A stretch of 63,998 nucleotides of DNA, the filler included, from Diploschistes diacapsis (taxonomy: Eukaryota), in NCBI GenBank assembly GCA_023645945.1. It is 4 parts of 4 records of this genome, joined end to end, with 100 filler letters (N's around TTAATTAATTAA, not from the genome) between each part and the next. Parts side by side here need not be neighbours in the genome. Positions count along the whole stretch, not along the records: positions 16,371 to 32,638 come from JALAIB010000516.1; positions 32,739 to 48,995 come from JALAIB010000517.1; 2 more parts are not named here. The stretch is one strand, 5' to 3'. Shown in pieces: positions 26,801 to 39,696 of the stretch. The notes under the pieces are model-generated. The model did no database searches and was not told where the DNA came from. It was given only the letters and a program-made list of their open reading frames with translations. The position numbers and the translations under genes were made by a program. How positions within the stretch are numbered: the stretch's first letter is position 1; each line of letters opens with the position of its first letter.

Positions 26801-29643
26801 CGAATAACTCAATGCGCCAGATACTCTTGCAGTATATTAAGATTTTAATGGATGTGTTCCAAAGCTCCGGTACGTGGAGGTTCTCGAGGATTGAGCAAAG
26901 CATTGAAATTAGTTCACGCACTTGCGCAATATTCAACCGCGTCTTATCAATCTGTTTTTCGAATGACGACGACAACGAGCCAGATGGGAAGATAGTCAGC
27001 AATGTGGCTCCTTCTGCCACTTACTTGGTGGACACCTTTTTATCCGACGGAGCAAATGATCCAACTTTGAAGCCTCTTCTGCAGCTTCTGGTAGCTGGCT
27101 TACAGACTCCCTGGGCCACCACAACCGCTCGATTATCAGAACTATGGCGGACGCAGACAACATCTGCTCTTCATCTTGTGACCACACTTCTCAGGTTGAA
27201 CAAGTATCTCGGGCGACCCATGTCCCAAGTTTGCCACCAGGTATTCAACACTATGCCGGTCCTCGCAAAGTTACTTGTAACTCACCAGGATTATTACTCG
27301 CATGTGGTTTGGCTTCTTGAGGCCGCCGTGATCGATGCTGGTAGCCTGCCGCAGCCGCCCTCTTTACTTGGGCATCTTGGGCAAGGCATGGCCAAGTCGT
27401 TTCTTGATTGTCTTTCCACATTTGGTAAACCGTTCGTTAATAGCGAGCTATCAACTGCGACTTGGAAATTATGCTCAGCCATCGTAAGCCAACGTCAACA
27501 ATGGCTTGCTGTATACATCTTGAATGGTCAGACACCGAAAGAAACCATGGCTGCAAAAGACCATGTATCGAACACTACCTCACCGAAACCTATTATTTCA
27601 ATCGCTCTCGGTAAGCTGTCGCACATAAAGGATCTGCAGCCGAGCGAAGCTATGGCGATGCTGGAGTTTATTGCACTTGCAGCAGACACTTCGGAGGCGG
27701 TGGCCTTGGAGATCCGAAACCAGCAAGCTTGCAAGGATGCCTGTTTGAAGTACATAGCAGAGATGAAGTCTCCGGGTGCGATTAAGCATGCTCAATCCCA
27801 GGAGGAAATTTGTCAATATCAGATTGGGGCTTACATAATAAGTATTATAGCGCTGCTGGCGCATCGTTCCAACGAAAGGGGGGATCTCACAACTCTGAGG
27901 CATATTGTTCCTCGTCTTGGGCATCTCACCGAGCATGGAGTATGTGTACCTCCCTATAATGCTTCCTTACACCATAGCTTGAAGAAGAACTTTGAAGCCA
28001 GATTCAGTAATTGCATCTTGTCTAATTTCAAGCGAACATCCTTCAGCCGACCTTTGTTGGGTCCGCACTATTACTATGATATTCATCTGGCCGACCAGAT
28101 GTTGCGGTACGATGCGGCATGGAAAGGAAGGTCAAACCGAGGATTTGCCAATGAGTTTGCTCGGGCGAACTTAAATCTGTCTATGGTCGAGGCCCAAGTT
28201 GTAAGTTGAACATCCCTCATGCTCAAGAAGTTGAAAATTAATATTCAATAGAAACTTTTTCAAAGCTGGAAGACCCTAGCTTTGCAGCTTAGCGAAGGTT
28301 TGGCCGAAGACCAAGGATTTCAAAAAACCATGGCAACGATTATACAAGATTGCTTACGAGCGAACCTTGACGATACTCTACCAGAAACTATCTTTCAAAG
28401 GCTTGCCACTTCGCGTGTGGATTTAGCTTTCACTCTGTTGCAGCGTTTGATCGATGTTGCACCCCGCAGGGATGATGTGAAGGGACTTGTTGATCCAGCT
28501 TGGGCTGCGCTGCACGGACAAGCCTCTCAAATTGCATCCCTGCTAGTCGGGAATGATGCTGCCTACTATCGGACGCTCCTACGTATGCTCTATCTTTCAC
28601 TCCAATCACACGTGTCCAGTGACCGTCCTCGATCAGGAAAAGACCTTGACAATATCGAAAAGGATCGCTCTGATGCACGGGCAAAGAAAGCCAAAGAGGT
28701 TGAGGCCACTGTCCTCGAAATCCTACAGACGGTTGTGGCCCACGGCTTCAGGTCCTTGATAGTAGAGTTACATGAAAACCCAAGTAGAGTCCAAGCTACG
28801 GATTTTGTCTTGCTTATTGCGATCATGCGGACTTGTCTGCAGATCCCGGGTGTAGCGAGCTACTCCGAACAATTACTGACATACTTTGACGATGAAAGAA
28901 CGGCTCAACATGCTAGCACGTTGCTGTCGTGGTCAGATCGGCTTGCCACGGCCAAAGATCCGATTTATGGCGAGGTAAGCATGAATTTCCTGTTGGAGCT
29001 TTCGAACCTGCCCGTTCTCGCCGAATCGCTCGTCGTGAATGGAACTTTTGCACAAGCGGCAACGACGAATCTGCTCAGTATGTTTCGAAAATCCGGGGGC
29101 GTAGGTCCGTTCGACGAACCCATGAGATTATACAACATTTGGGCTCGAGGATACTTGCCCCTCGTCATCAACCTGCTCAGCTCGGTTGGGCCACCGATTG
29201 CGGCCGAGCTTTCAACAACGTTGAGCCAATTTGAAGGGCAGCTTTCGAGAGCATCCCACAGCCTTTGCGTGAAGCTGTCGAATATATCCAACGGTCCGTA
29301 CACGGGATACCTGACACTAACCATGGCAGCCGAAGTCCACGCCCTCGCACTGATTACGGCGATCCTAAATCGATTTCGAGAATCGGGTTCCAGTCTGGGC
29401 ATTGTCGCCGCGGACGTGGTGGAGCTGCCATGGGACTCTTCCGGGGTGCGGGAAGACATCGAGACCCGGCTGCAGCGTAGAAACAACCTTCGAAACAATA
29501 TTATACCGACCGACGAGCACGAGGAGGCGTGGTCTAGGCAAAAGCCATTGACTGCGCAGGAAGGGTGCGAGAATCGGCTAGAAGAAAAGGTGGTGGACGA
29601 ATTGAGGGCAGCATTGTCTTTACTGGGGAATGCGGATTGGTAA
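23880..29643 (+). CDS. NUP188: Nucleoporin Nup188/Nup184
   Basis: Roughly 1870-aa helical protein with MAP...FFPSL..CL, IKEDAVWLSKQVEIDEVSALR..ILEWQSRP, RVWPFLGRSGLL, ANLNLSMVEAQV and IWARG. Introns ~23952, ~24944 and 28201. Confidence 0.88.
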
Positions 29644-31193
29644 CAAGAAGGCGATATGAGGAGTTCGGTACACACTGATGAGGAGGAACATTTCCCATCC
29701 GGCCATGTTTCTACAAGTCTTAAAAGATACCCCGTTTGCAGCGCAAGTTTAGCACGAGGTTCAGGACATATTTCCGTTGACATGATCCTGATCCAAGGGG
29801 CCATCCACCTTCAGACCTCCTGATTTAGTTGAGTTCGAAGGTGAAGCAAAAGTAGACAGGGTTGTTATAAGTCCGCTCAAGACTTGTGAAGTATGTCTAT
29901 CTACTAGAACAGCCAGTACAACAAGCCAGTGTTTATATCAACGACGCACGCCTCTTTGGAGCTTGGCAGCTGAAAAGCGGCAGCGGTTATTGTGACGATT
30001 AATTTCAATAGATTACAGACGCTAATACAGAGCTACTTAGGTTTGTCTGTATATTTCCCCAAGGAAAGTTTGAAAATCCTTGATATTCTGTACACCGGGT
30101 TTTGCATACTGCCAAGATAACGATCGGAATAACCGGCATCCTGAAAAGTAAATAAATGCAAGTCTCAGTTCTTTTCCGACAATGCGAGCTGAAAAACCCT
30201 ACGCACCCAGCTTTGGTGGTCTTGCTTTACCGCTTTGCATTACAAGCTTCCACTGCGACACCGTTGCTCTTCCTTCCTTCCTCATGCTCCTCTCTCCGTG
30301 ACTAAGACGTTCATCGTATCCAACTTACTAGCTTCCAAGCACGATCTTCCTTCACGAGCACCTCTCAGCCCTGACCGTTCTGCATCAGATGTTTCGGTTA
30401 CTTCGAATTGCCTCGATCATCTGGAACGATACTTGGCCAACATTATCTGCGGCGAAGGAGCCGCGTCTGTCTGCACGGTAGATTGGACGCTTGGACGTTC
30501 CTCCCATCAGTAGCTTGTGATCCAAAAGAGGCGGCGATAACATTGTTCGCGCATGTCAGCTGAAATCGACCCCACAACAAGCCTAGACCCGCCACCAATT
30601 GTTAGGAAACGAGTAGCTAAACACACTCTACGTTTGCTTCTCCCATGATGCGACGAGCTACCTCAACAGAAGCTGCAGATAAGACGGGACACACTGTGAC
30701 CCCGAAAGTCCAATTCAATAGCTTTGGTGGCTTGTGGAAGTGGCACTCTGGTTATGGAAAGTGGCGGATTAGGACATACGTAAGTGGACCAAGCTCACAC
30801 ACACAGTGGTGGCCAAGGTGGGTTCAGCAGAGACTGTTTTCCGTATTGATGCCTTATGAAATGATGCTTGCTGTATCTGGGGAACCAAGGCGTGATGGCT
30901 CGTGAGCCATTCTGCAGCCGTTGTAGGTCGAAATCACTTTGTTCCATATCTGCTAGCCGCCATTTCTTACGTGGTCTCTCTATGTCTTAACAGTGCTTAC
31001 TGCATTGCCGAGGAAGCCATGGCATCAAGGCCAAAACCGGAGAGTATAGAAGGACGTCGTTGTTCATTGAAGGAATGTTGTTAATCGAAAACACTTGACA
31101 TACCTGCTAGCTCAATACCTGGCTCATTCCCTCCTGTCGTTTGTATATTCCTACCGTTGGTAATAAGTCGTTTCTTCAATTCAAGACTCTGGA

Positions 31194-31949
31194 ATGTCTG
31201 CCCGTTCGACGGGCTCGGCTTCACCTGCGATAAAGCCTGAAAGAACGCCGTCCGAGACTAGAGCGTCGCCCTCGTTGCAGCTCGATACACCACTCTTGCC
31301 GCATTCGGCAACCGCGACGTCGCCAGAACCTACGACAGCAATATCGTCAGAAACACTATTACCAGCATCGTCACCGCCACGAGGAATACCCAACACGCCC
31401 ATTCTGTCTCAACCTGCACCCTACATGCCTCCAAGTTCCGCAGATCTCGCCTACCTGGCCTCTCTACCAACTCCCACCGTCAGCCAGGAATTAGATTCAA
31501 GGTATGGCTCTATTCCAGGAGCGGCCCTCGCTCGGCCGACAGCACGAGCCCAAAACAGCAACTCGACGGAAAGGAATGTCCACGCTGAACCGTCACCGGC
31601 TTCATCCACCCCTCCAAGTATCGCCGATACCAGCCCACCATTTGCATCCCCAGATCAAAAATTGCTGCCACCATACCCAGGGCAGCGCCCGCCCTCAGTC
31701 CTTCCCCCCAATGCGGTCCTGAGCTCAGCAAGCAGGGAATGGGAAGGCATGACCAGCCAAGGCGTCCGGGTACGTAGGACGGACACGTGGGTTGTTGGCC
31801 AAGGCTGGGGAAGGCACATGCGGGTCATTGAGGGTCTCGGACCTGGACGACCTCGTCGGTCAGATACAGCTCGGGTATCTCATGTGGGAGAAGCAGGGAC
31901 TGCGGAGTGTGAGGAAATGGGAGGGGTGGAGAGGCATGGGACGTGGTGA
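31194..31949 (+). CDS. Hypothetical Pro/Ser-rich protein
   Basis: 251-aa ATG-initiated ORF, low complexity, no recognisable domain. Confidence 0.4.
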   Translation: MSARSTGSASPAIKPERTPSETRASPSLQLDTPLLPHSATATSPEPTTAISSETLLPASSPPRGIPNTPILSQPAPYMPPSSADLAYLASLPTPTVSQELDSRYGSIPGAALARPTARAQNSNSTERNVHAEPSPASSTPPSIADTSPPFASPDQKLLPPYPGQRPPSVLPPNAVLSSASREWEGMTSQGVRVRRTDTWVVGQGWGRHMRVIEGLGPGRPRRSDTARVSHVGEAGTAECEEMGGVERHGTW

Positions 31950-32452
31950 GGTTGCCGATACTAACCTCAAAACTGGGTAACTATGTGGGCATCTCTGGTG
32001 AGAACGCTACGGCAGAGTTGCTCAGGGGAAATCCTAAATCTATGTTATGATGTAACGATGGTGGGCGGCTAGTTATCATTCTATTCATTTATCCATCTAC
32101 GACTCAATTAAGGCCACGGCATCTCTTCACCAACACGTTGAGCCTGAAACAATCCCCCGTCTGGTTCACCCATGCCTGTCAATAGCGGCTCACGAGCCCT
32201 CATATACTCTCCCAATACCCCAAAATCCTACCCGCCCCTGTACCTACCCATGTTGACCTTCTTCGCGCCTTTATCCCTTGCCACCCTACTCTCGGAGCCC
32301 CCAGCCAATGTCCAACCCGTACACCAGACAACGCCTTTCACCACCCTGCAAACCAAAAAAAAAACCGAACTGAACGAGAGACCGTGTACCCAAAAAAAAA
32401 AAAGAAGAGCCATGTGCCACGCAGCACACGGAACGCGTAACTTCCGCCACTA

Positions 32453-32495
32453 GCACACACACACACACACACTCTCTCTCTCTCTCTCACACACA
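32453..32495. repeat. Compound (CA)n(CT)n microsatellite near the contig end, followed by poly-T at 32612-32638
   Basis: Seen directly in the sequence. Confidence 0.85.
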
Positions 32496-32607
32496 ACAGT
32501 CTCGTTCTCCCTCCGCAAGTTCTCTTTCGACAAGAGAAATTAAAATCCCAAAAAAAAAATTTTCACCCCCACCCCGGTACCGCACGCCAGACCGAAGCTC
32601 TCTTCTC

Positions 32608-32638
<31 letters not shown>

Positions 32639-32738
32639 NNNNNNNNNNNNNNNNNNNNNNNNNNNNNNNNNNNNNNNNNNNNTTAATTAATTAANNNNNN
32701 NNNNNNNNNNNNNNNNNNNNNNNNNNNNNNNNNNNNNN
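32639..32738. other. Artificial contig linker
   Basis: N44-TTAATTAATTAA-N44. Confidence 0.97.
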
Positions 32739-33126
32739 GGGGGAGAGGTGGAGCAACGAGGGTAAAGGAAAGAGGGGAGGAGGGTGGGAGGTGAAAAGAG
32801 TGAATGATGGTGATGGAAAGGGAGTTGGAGGAGTTGATGGATGCTGGGAGAAGAAAAGGGGCAGGCGAATGGCTGGGAGGAGGAGAAAGGACGATGCTGG
32901 CATTTGCCTACCATAGCGATGGCGCTCGGTTGTTTGTTTGTACTACGGGCCTGGTAAGTAGTAGGTACCTGGGATGGGATAGTGACTTCCAATGATAAAA
33001 ATATATGCAGATGAGCAGCTAGATGCTAGAAGTAGGTACTTGCAGATGAAGAGCTTGGGAGAGCACATTGTCGCTTCTCCTGTAAAGGACTCTCTATTTG
33101 GACTAGGATTTCGTTTTCGTGTATAA

Positions 33127-33147
33127 ATATATATATATATATATATA
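33127..33147. repeat. (AT)n microsatellite
   Basis: atatatatatatatatatata. Confidence 0.85.
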
Positions 33148-33883
33148 CACGCTTAGCTCTTCTTCGGAGGAACCAGTGAGTGAGCGTATCCAACTTAATC
33201 CACTGCAAAAAGCGATTGGCGAGAGAACTCTAAGCTGGTGTAGAGATCCTCGCCGGCATGCTGCTAGACAGTCCTGCCTCCATCTAGCTCTCCTTATTCC
33301 TCTTCTATATCCATATCCTTCGCTCCTCTCCTTCAACGAAAGCGAGCCTGTCCAATCCCAATAGCCCCACAGCAACTGTAACTGTAACTGCACCGGACTT
33401 CCAAAGCCGACGCACTAGGTCGTCAGAGGCCAGGAGCTGGATCCTTCTTCCCAACTCCCTATGTGCTCGATTCAATAACACTCCGCTTGACCGATCTTCC
33501 GGTTGCAGTTCGGTAGTCGCACAAGTGTCTTCCGTTCTTGCTTCCTCTCTTGTTCTTGAAACTCGATCAGACCGGAATATATGTGCTAGTCCGCTCATTT
33601 GGGCCTTGCACCTGGCACATTACAATACTGTGTGAATCGTTATTAGGAAATACCCAAGCAAACACTATGAGAACCATTATTAGGAAATACCCAAATGGCC
33701 GAGCCATCGACGAAGGTTGCATGTCCTCTGCAATATAGCGCAGATTCGTACGTCCTAGGCGCCGGTTCAGCTTGATATTATCTCCATTAGAATATTTGCT
33801 TGCTCGGGTTCTGGGTGCGTCAAGGCTCGTTTGGGCCGTGGTATATTGTCTTATCATCAAGGAAATTCCCCGCTTGAGCGCTT

Positions 33884-34810
33884 TCATATTGGTTCACTCT
33901 TCATCCCTTTCACGCACTCTTCATCCTCTTCACGCCCCACTTCAACATCTCCAGTGTCCTCTACCTTCCCGCTACTTGCCCGCACAGCCTGCAGCAACCG
34001 CCTCCTTACACCGATACGATACACTTCTCCAATGAGCAGCACGAGGATCCGCAATTGCGGCAGGTCCTGGTTAGAAGGCTGGTACTCCGCTATGATCCTA
34101 GCCCGGCAGTAAAAGCCCACGACGTTGCTCTTCGTTGCTTCATTCTCGCACAGCACCGCTACGTACGGCTTCGCCGCCTCCGGCATTTGCCTAGCATGCG
34201 AAGGCGCGTGGCGATTCCTTCGCCGCCTGCGCTGATCTGATCGTCGATATCAGCCTTTTGGGTTTTCAGATATGCCCAAGAGTTGGGCGGTGCTTGCTCT
34301 CTAGCTTGTTGAAGCGGCGCTAAAGTGTGGGGTATGGGTACGTCTTCAGGTACATGTTCTGATGTTATTGCAGACTCATGCTCCAGTATTTTGTGACGTT
34401 TCCGAAGCGTCGCTTCGTGCGGCTGGGCTATGCTAGGACCGTCTGCCTGGTCCGGAGGCCTTCTCTCTAGGAGGCTTAGATATGGACGCAGAACACTTTC
34501 TTGGAATATTTGATGAGTTATATGTAACGGAAAAGGTCTATCCACTCCTTCCCAGGTTTTCCATATAACATCTGTGGCGCCTTAGAATAATCAGCGCAAG
34601 CTCATACTAAATAGTTGCCTCTTACTTGCCCTTTCCAATAGATGTTTGTCTATCTATGGAGGAGTCCGGATGTAACATGATTGGCACCTGCGCCTCACTG
34701 AAGGCAAGCAGAGCTTCTATAAACGAATGTCCCTCAAATTGAGGTGGGCGAACATCAATGAGAACCACGTCTGACCCAAGAGTGTCTAAAGAGTCAGAAG
34801 TATAAGACAT
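33884..34810 (-). pseudogene. Degenerate gene, possibly a protein-kinase-like remnant
   Basis: Spliced start MSYTSDS...IGKG|ATDVIWK (Gly-loop-like; GTAAGA donor at ~34626). Frame changes near 34170. No catalytic kinase motifs found. Confidence 0.3.
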
Positions 34811-35905
34811 TCCTCACGGCTCTACCAATTAGAAACTCTCAGCAAGTATACTTCAGGGTACTCATTACAAACATCACATGACAGTTGGGTATCATCACTC
34901 CTTTGTTGAACCAAATATGAGGACTAGGACCAACCATCAGGATCTTGGGCTGTCGTGACCACTGAATACTTGTGTCATCTTCATGATTGCTTGTACGCAA
35001 TCGGCTGAGCCAGTAGCGTTCAGCAGCGCTTTGGGCAATTTTAGTGCTCTGGGGGGTAGGCCAGCTGGAATTGTGTCGAAACTTCTTGAATATAGAAAAC
35101 TCATTACCCTACATCACATATGTATTAGGTTGGGCTCGAAGCAAGGTCCAAAGCTCGTTCCCTACAATCCTGTTATGTATCTCATTTCTTTCAAGGGGAT
35201 TTTGGAGTGACTCCGACTTGACACTTAGCCTAGACTTTGCTTCTTTCGCCGTGTGTCGAGAGTGTCGACGCAACATCGTCAACGAAACAACGCTGGTTGC
35301 CCCAGAGCTTGGCCAGGACCTGTAGAGGTAGTAACACTGTCTCTTTCCGGCTGAATCCCCACACCTGGCTGACTAGAGCCTTCCTGCTGCTCGATTTCTT
35401 CATCTTCTTCATGTACATCTTCTTTATTTTCTCTCTCCTCTTTCTGTTCCCCCACACCACCTTCTCTCTCCTTCGCTCTCCCCTTTTCTTCGATTGGATC
35501 TTGTTCTCCAGATTCATTGGCATTTTTAGGTTCTCGGCTTGACTGCAGAGTCGTGTCGTAGAACTCGTCATTGTAAGCCTGCACATTCCGCGACACCCAG
35601 TACCTTGCCACCGCTATCTTCGCCAATTTCAAGCATCGCGGTTGAGAAAGGTCTTTCCTATAATGGTCCAGATGCTCGAATTGTGCATCATCCATGGGAT
35701 ATACCCCATAATAGCTGCAAATACGGTGCTAGAGACGATACCTTGCAGACTCTTCTGATATCGTCAGGAACCGGTGCCCCCTGTAGCTTGCTTCACCATG
35801 TACAGACCATATGCTTCCGCCTTATACCTCTTCTCGTGTGCAAGGGTTGAATCAGATCGTGTACCTGAAGCCTCAAGCAACGCGACAAAATTTTCTCTTC
35901 TATAG

Positions 35906-38900
35906 CTAGACTGCTTTTCCGAGTCTCGTACTGCCTTCAAGACCGTCAGCAACCTCTACTACACCCTCCAGGGACAAATGGCTTGTCGTTCGACAACCCT
36001 TGGCTTGAAGCTGGTTTTCAAGTGCTTCTTTAATAAGCTTCTCTGCTTCTAACCTTGCTATCTCAGCCTGGGTTTTCATGCCTTGACGCTCAAAGGCCAC
36101 CGCTATGCTAAACAAGGCGAGTGGTGTTGTGTCACGAGCCGGGTCGGTTGAGTTAGGCTTCGCAACTGTGGATCCAACATTCGAAATAGGGTTAGCGGAA
36201 GACCTGAGCACATCCTTCATAATATTAATAGCGCGATTCTTCCTTCCATTTGAGTACAATAACAATGCCAAGTCTGTCATTTTCGATACAATAGGTTTCG
36301 ATGCTTCTGATGCGGCATGCGTCGCGGCATCTGAACGTGAAGCCTGAAACCACGGATTATGTCCAAGGTCGATCCAGTCCTGATACAAAGCACCTAGCAT
36401 ATCAAGACATCCGAGGTATCTTTCATCTTCCTCGCCGTATTCTTCTTTCCGCTCTTCAATCAATTGCATTTGCTGTTCTTCCAGCCCTTTCCAGTATTCT
36501 TGGCCACGTCTGGCTGTGAATTTACGCTTTCTGTAACCATATCTGCCAGACATTAACGGGTATTCCACTCCACTGTGTAGCCCACCCTCTAGCTGTATGA
36601 TTACCGATTGAACTTCGTCCGCCTCCGGAAATTGACCTATTTCTCTGAACATGCTAACAAGATTATCCAGTGCAAGGAGAACTGAGCCATTAGCCTTTTC
36701 CGCAAGGCGGCCACTGGACTCGGGTATTTCTTTGACAGTATCTTTCCATGCTCCAAATGTTGCCCCAAAATATAACAAAGTACTTAGAATCTCCCGATTG
36801 TGTACAGCACCAGTAACAACGATCGGCGCAAGTTGATGCTCCCCTATTGAATTCCAATCCGCTCCATGGTAGCAGAGGCTATGCACAACTTGCTGGTGTT
36901 GCGAAAGAATTGATGCGTGGAGTACCGGCCAACCCTCGTCATCAACAGCATTGGGGTCTGCTCCTTGTGAAAGTAGGAGCTCGACCGTTGTGAGGAATCC
37001 GGCTATAGCAGCAAGATAGAGGGCTGTAAGGCCCGAGGAACTTTTGGCTTCGATATCAGCACCGCGTTCAAGCAAAACAGTCACGGTTTCGTTGTGGCTG
37101 CATCCCGCTGCGAGATGCAGCGCCGTCAATCCCTCCAGGTTTTGAGTTAGTATGTCTGCTCCATTATCTAATAGTAATCTTGCGTGGGAACCCATTCCAT
37201 AACTAGCAGCAATATGTAGTGGCGTCCAGCCTCCTGCATCTCGAGCTTGAATGTCTGCCCCGCGTTCCAACAGAAGCAGTGCGTGTGAGTCGGCACCATT
37301 TAGAGCGGCAACATGTAGCGGCGTCCATCCATCATCGTCGCCAGCATTGATGTTTGGTACTCGACCAGCCAGCAGCCGTACCATATCATCACTACCGTTT
37401 TCCACTGCCGTATGAAGAAGAGGTAAGTCGCTATACCATGGAAAATGAGTGTCTCCGTTGAGCAAAAGAGCCTCCATGATCTCGGTTCTTGCATGCGTCG
37501 GATCTCCGGCCAAAAGCAGGAGCATTCCACGCAATTCTATATAGCGCCTGCTAGGAGGCAGTGCTTGGGCCATCTCAACCAATGCAAAAGCGCGGTCAAC
37601 TACCTCATTGTCGACCCAATATTTGAATTCCCTCTGAATGTCGCTGAGCTTGAATATAGAAACGAGGTACCTCGTAAATTTGGTGGTGGTATACGCAGTG
37701 CCTCTTCCTGCCGTGGTTTTTGAGTCGACTTCAATAGAAAATTCCGAGATTTGCGAGACGTTGGGGCTGCTCCCAGCTGCTACGTCCCCCGATTCAGCTT
37801 CCTCTACTTCGTTGTGTCCTCTAGGTATGGAAAAGAGAGCAAGCTGCTCCATGTGATGCGATAAATGGTTCCGGAATTGCTTTGCTGTTACACCAATAGT
37901 TTCGTCAGTTGAAACTTGGGTATTGCTTTTGCGTAGGGCTTCCTCCCACTCGGAACAAAATGGGCATGAGATTGCCGGGAAATGTTCCTGAGCTTCTCGG
38001 CCCGCACGAGCCAGGGTTGTTATGGTCTCTGAAGACATCTGTCCCTGATGCCGCGATGTAACATGAGCGCGAAATGAGTCTTCTGAGCTATACAAGGTAT
38101 CTTTGCAGAAGGGACATCGCCATTGCAAACGGTGAAATTGGGTCTCATGCTCGAACCAACTCTTACGATCAGTAAAAAGTTTGAGATCGCACGATTGAAA
38201 GGTACAAATGTAAGGTCTTAGGTCATGAAGAACATGCTTCCTACACGCCCGTCAGTGGTCTGTAGGGGCCGTGGTCATGAACACGAGAAGCCACTTACTT
38301 CCAGGTGCTTTGAGATCTAAAGGTCTGGATCGTCCAGCAGAATGGGCACTCAAATGCAGTCCCAACCTTGGCCAGGTCCTTTAGCGCAGGAACCTTCAAA
38401 GCGTTGGTGCCATCATCTTCGTTGACGGAAGTAACAAACGAAGTTCGTGATACAGCGGTATCTGACATGTGTTCGGCATCTTCTAGTCTGGCAACTATAA
38501 GTGTTGACGCCGCTGTTGGCGTCAGTGTGCTCGGCGGCTTCTGGCCCGACAGTACACTACGATCATCTAGTTTTACCTGTTGAGCAGGTTGAGCGTCAGG
38601 TTCAGAAGTTGGTGGCTTTTGTTGGCTATTATCCAGAACGCTATCACGCTGGTGTCTGGCTTTCTTTTCTCTATGTTCTCGAGCGTAGCGCAGGTACTGG
38701 CGTCTCTGTGTGATTGCCTTCCCCAAACGCTGTTTCAGCCATTCTGATTCTTTCGATTCCAGACGAGGAAATTTAGATCCCACGTGTGCGACATCAAATG
38801 AAACATCAAATGGTTCCGTTGTCGAAGCTAAAGCCTTCTGGAATCGGTCTCTTGGAGTTGCTTTCTGAATCACCATCGATAGTCTGAAAAGGTTGGAAAT

Positions 38901-39361
38901 AGCCTCTGGGATCATCTGGAATAACTCCTGTATTTCAGAGAGCTGTTGATCATCACAGCCATCCTCGGTGGAGCCAACAGGTGACGCTGTTCTGTTAGGT
39001 CTGTCTCCAGACGCGATAGACGTAACTATGGGATTGATAAGCTACTGCATAAGAAAAGCAAGGGAAGCCTCGAACCCTCTTCCAGTGCCTCGGCCAGGTC
39101 TTCGAGAAGCTCGTTGATTTGATTCTTGATATTCGGAGCTTCTCTCAGCCGGTGATCCAAAGAGGTCCGGGCAGTGGAGCTTTGTCGTGCACCAAGGTTT
39201 CCTTGCCATATCTGAAAGCGACTACGTGCATCCTCTAGCTCAGAAAGACTAAGTCCGAGAATGCTCTCGTGAGGATGGTCCAAAAGGACGGCCAATTGGT
39301 CAAACTTCTCGCTACAGATCTTGCAGTGCTCCGAGATAGGAGACTGTTGAACAACCTCCAT
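35906..39361 (-). CDS. Fungal multidomain protein: N-terminal RFxIWxGNLGA..SLDxRLR helical domain, C2H2 zinc fingers, ~6 ankyrin repeats and TPR-like C-terminus
   Basis: RFQIWQGNLGA..TSLDHRLREAP; FECPFC..WKKHVLHDLRPYICTF; WRCPFC..HVTSRH; SCPFC..HLSHH; ankyrins GWTPLHVAA, GWTPLHIAA, GLTALHLAA and GLTALYLAA (~36840-37425). Introns ~39077-39027 and ~38298-38241. May extend to ~35279 via further exons. Confidence 0.8.
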
Positions 39362-39696
39362 CAAGCTTTTTCACTTATGGAATTTCCCTCATCGGTTTTT
39401 ATGTATTTGTAGTGCATCAGCGTATGTTCAGCGAATATATCCAAGCATCCTTCCTGATGCCGTATCCTATAAACATAGTGCCCAAACAATCTTCGTAAAG
39501 TAACCCGAAGGTTTACATCGCACATTCAGCCTTGCCTTGTCAGACGACTCGAGATTATCCTACACTGGCTGCTAAAGCCCCCTCATCAAATGCTGATTAT
39601 AAGGCTGCCATTCTAACCTCGCTGCATCTGTCCAAATTTTACGGTTACTGTTTCTTTAACTAGATCTGTCATGTGAAATTCTAAGCATAAAAAGCC

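Noticed and set aside
28965..29804. 279-aa antisense ORF
   Set aside because: Shadow of the NUP188 last exon; Ser-rich with no domain.
35906..39361. Canonical NLR (NACHT/NB-ARC plus ankyrin)
   Set aside because: No Walker A GxxGxGK[ST] motif in any exon.
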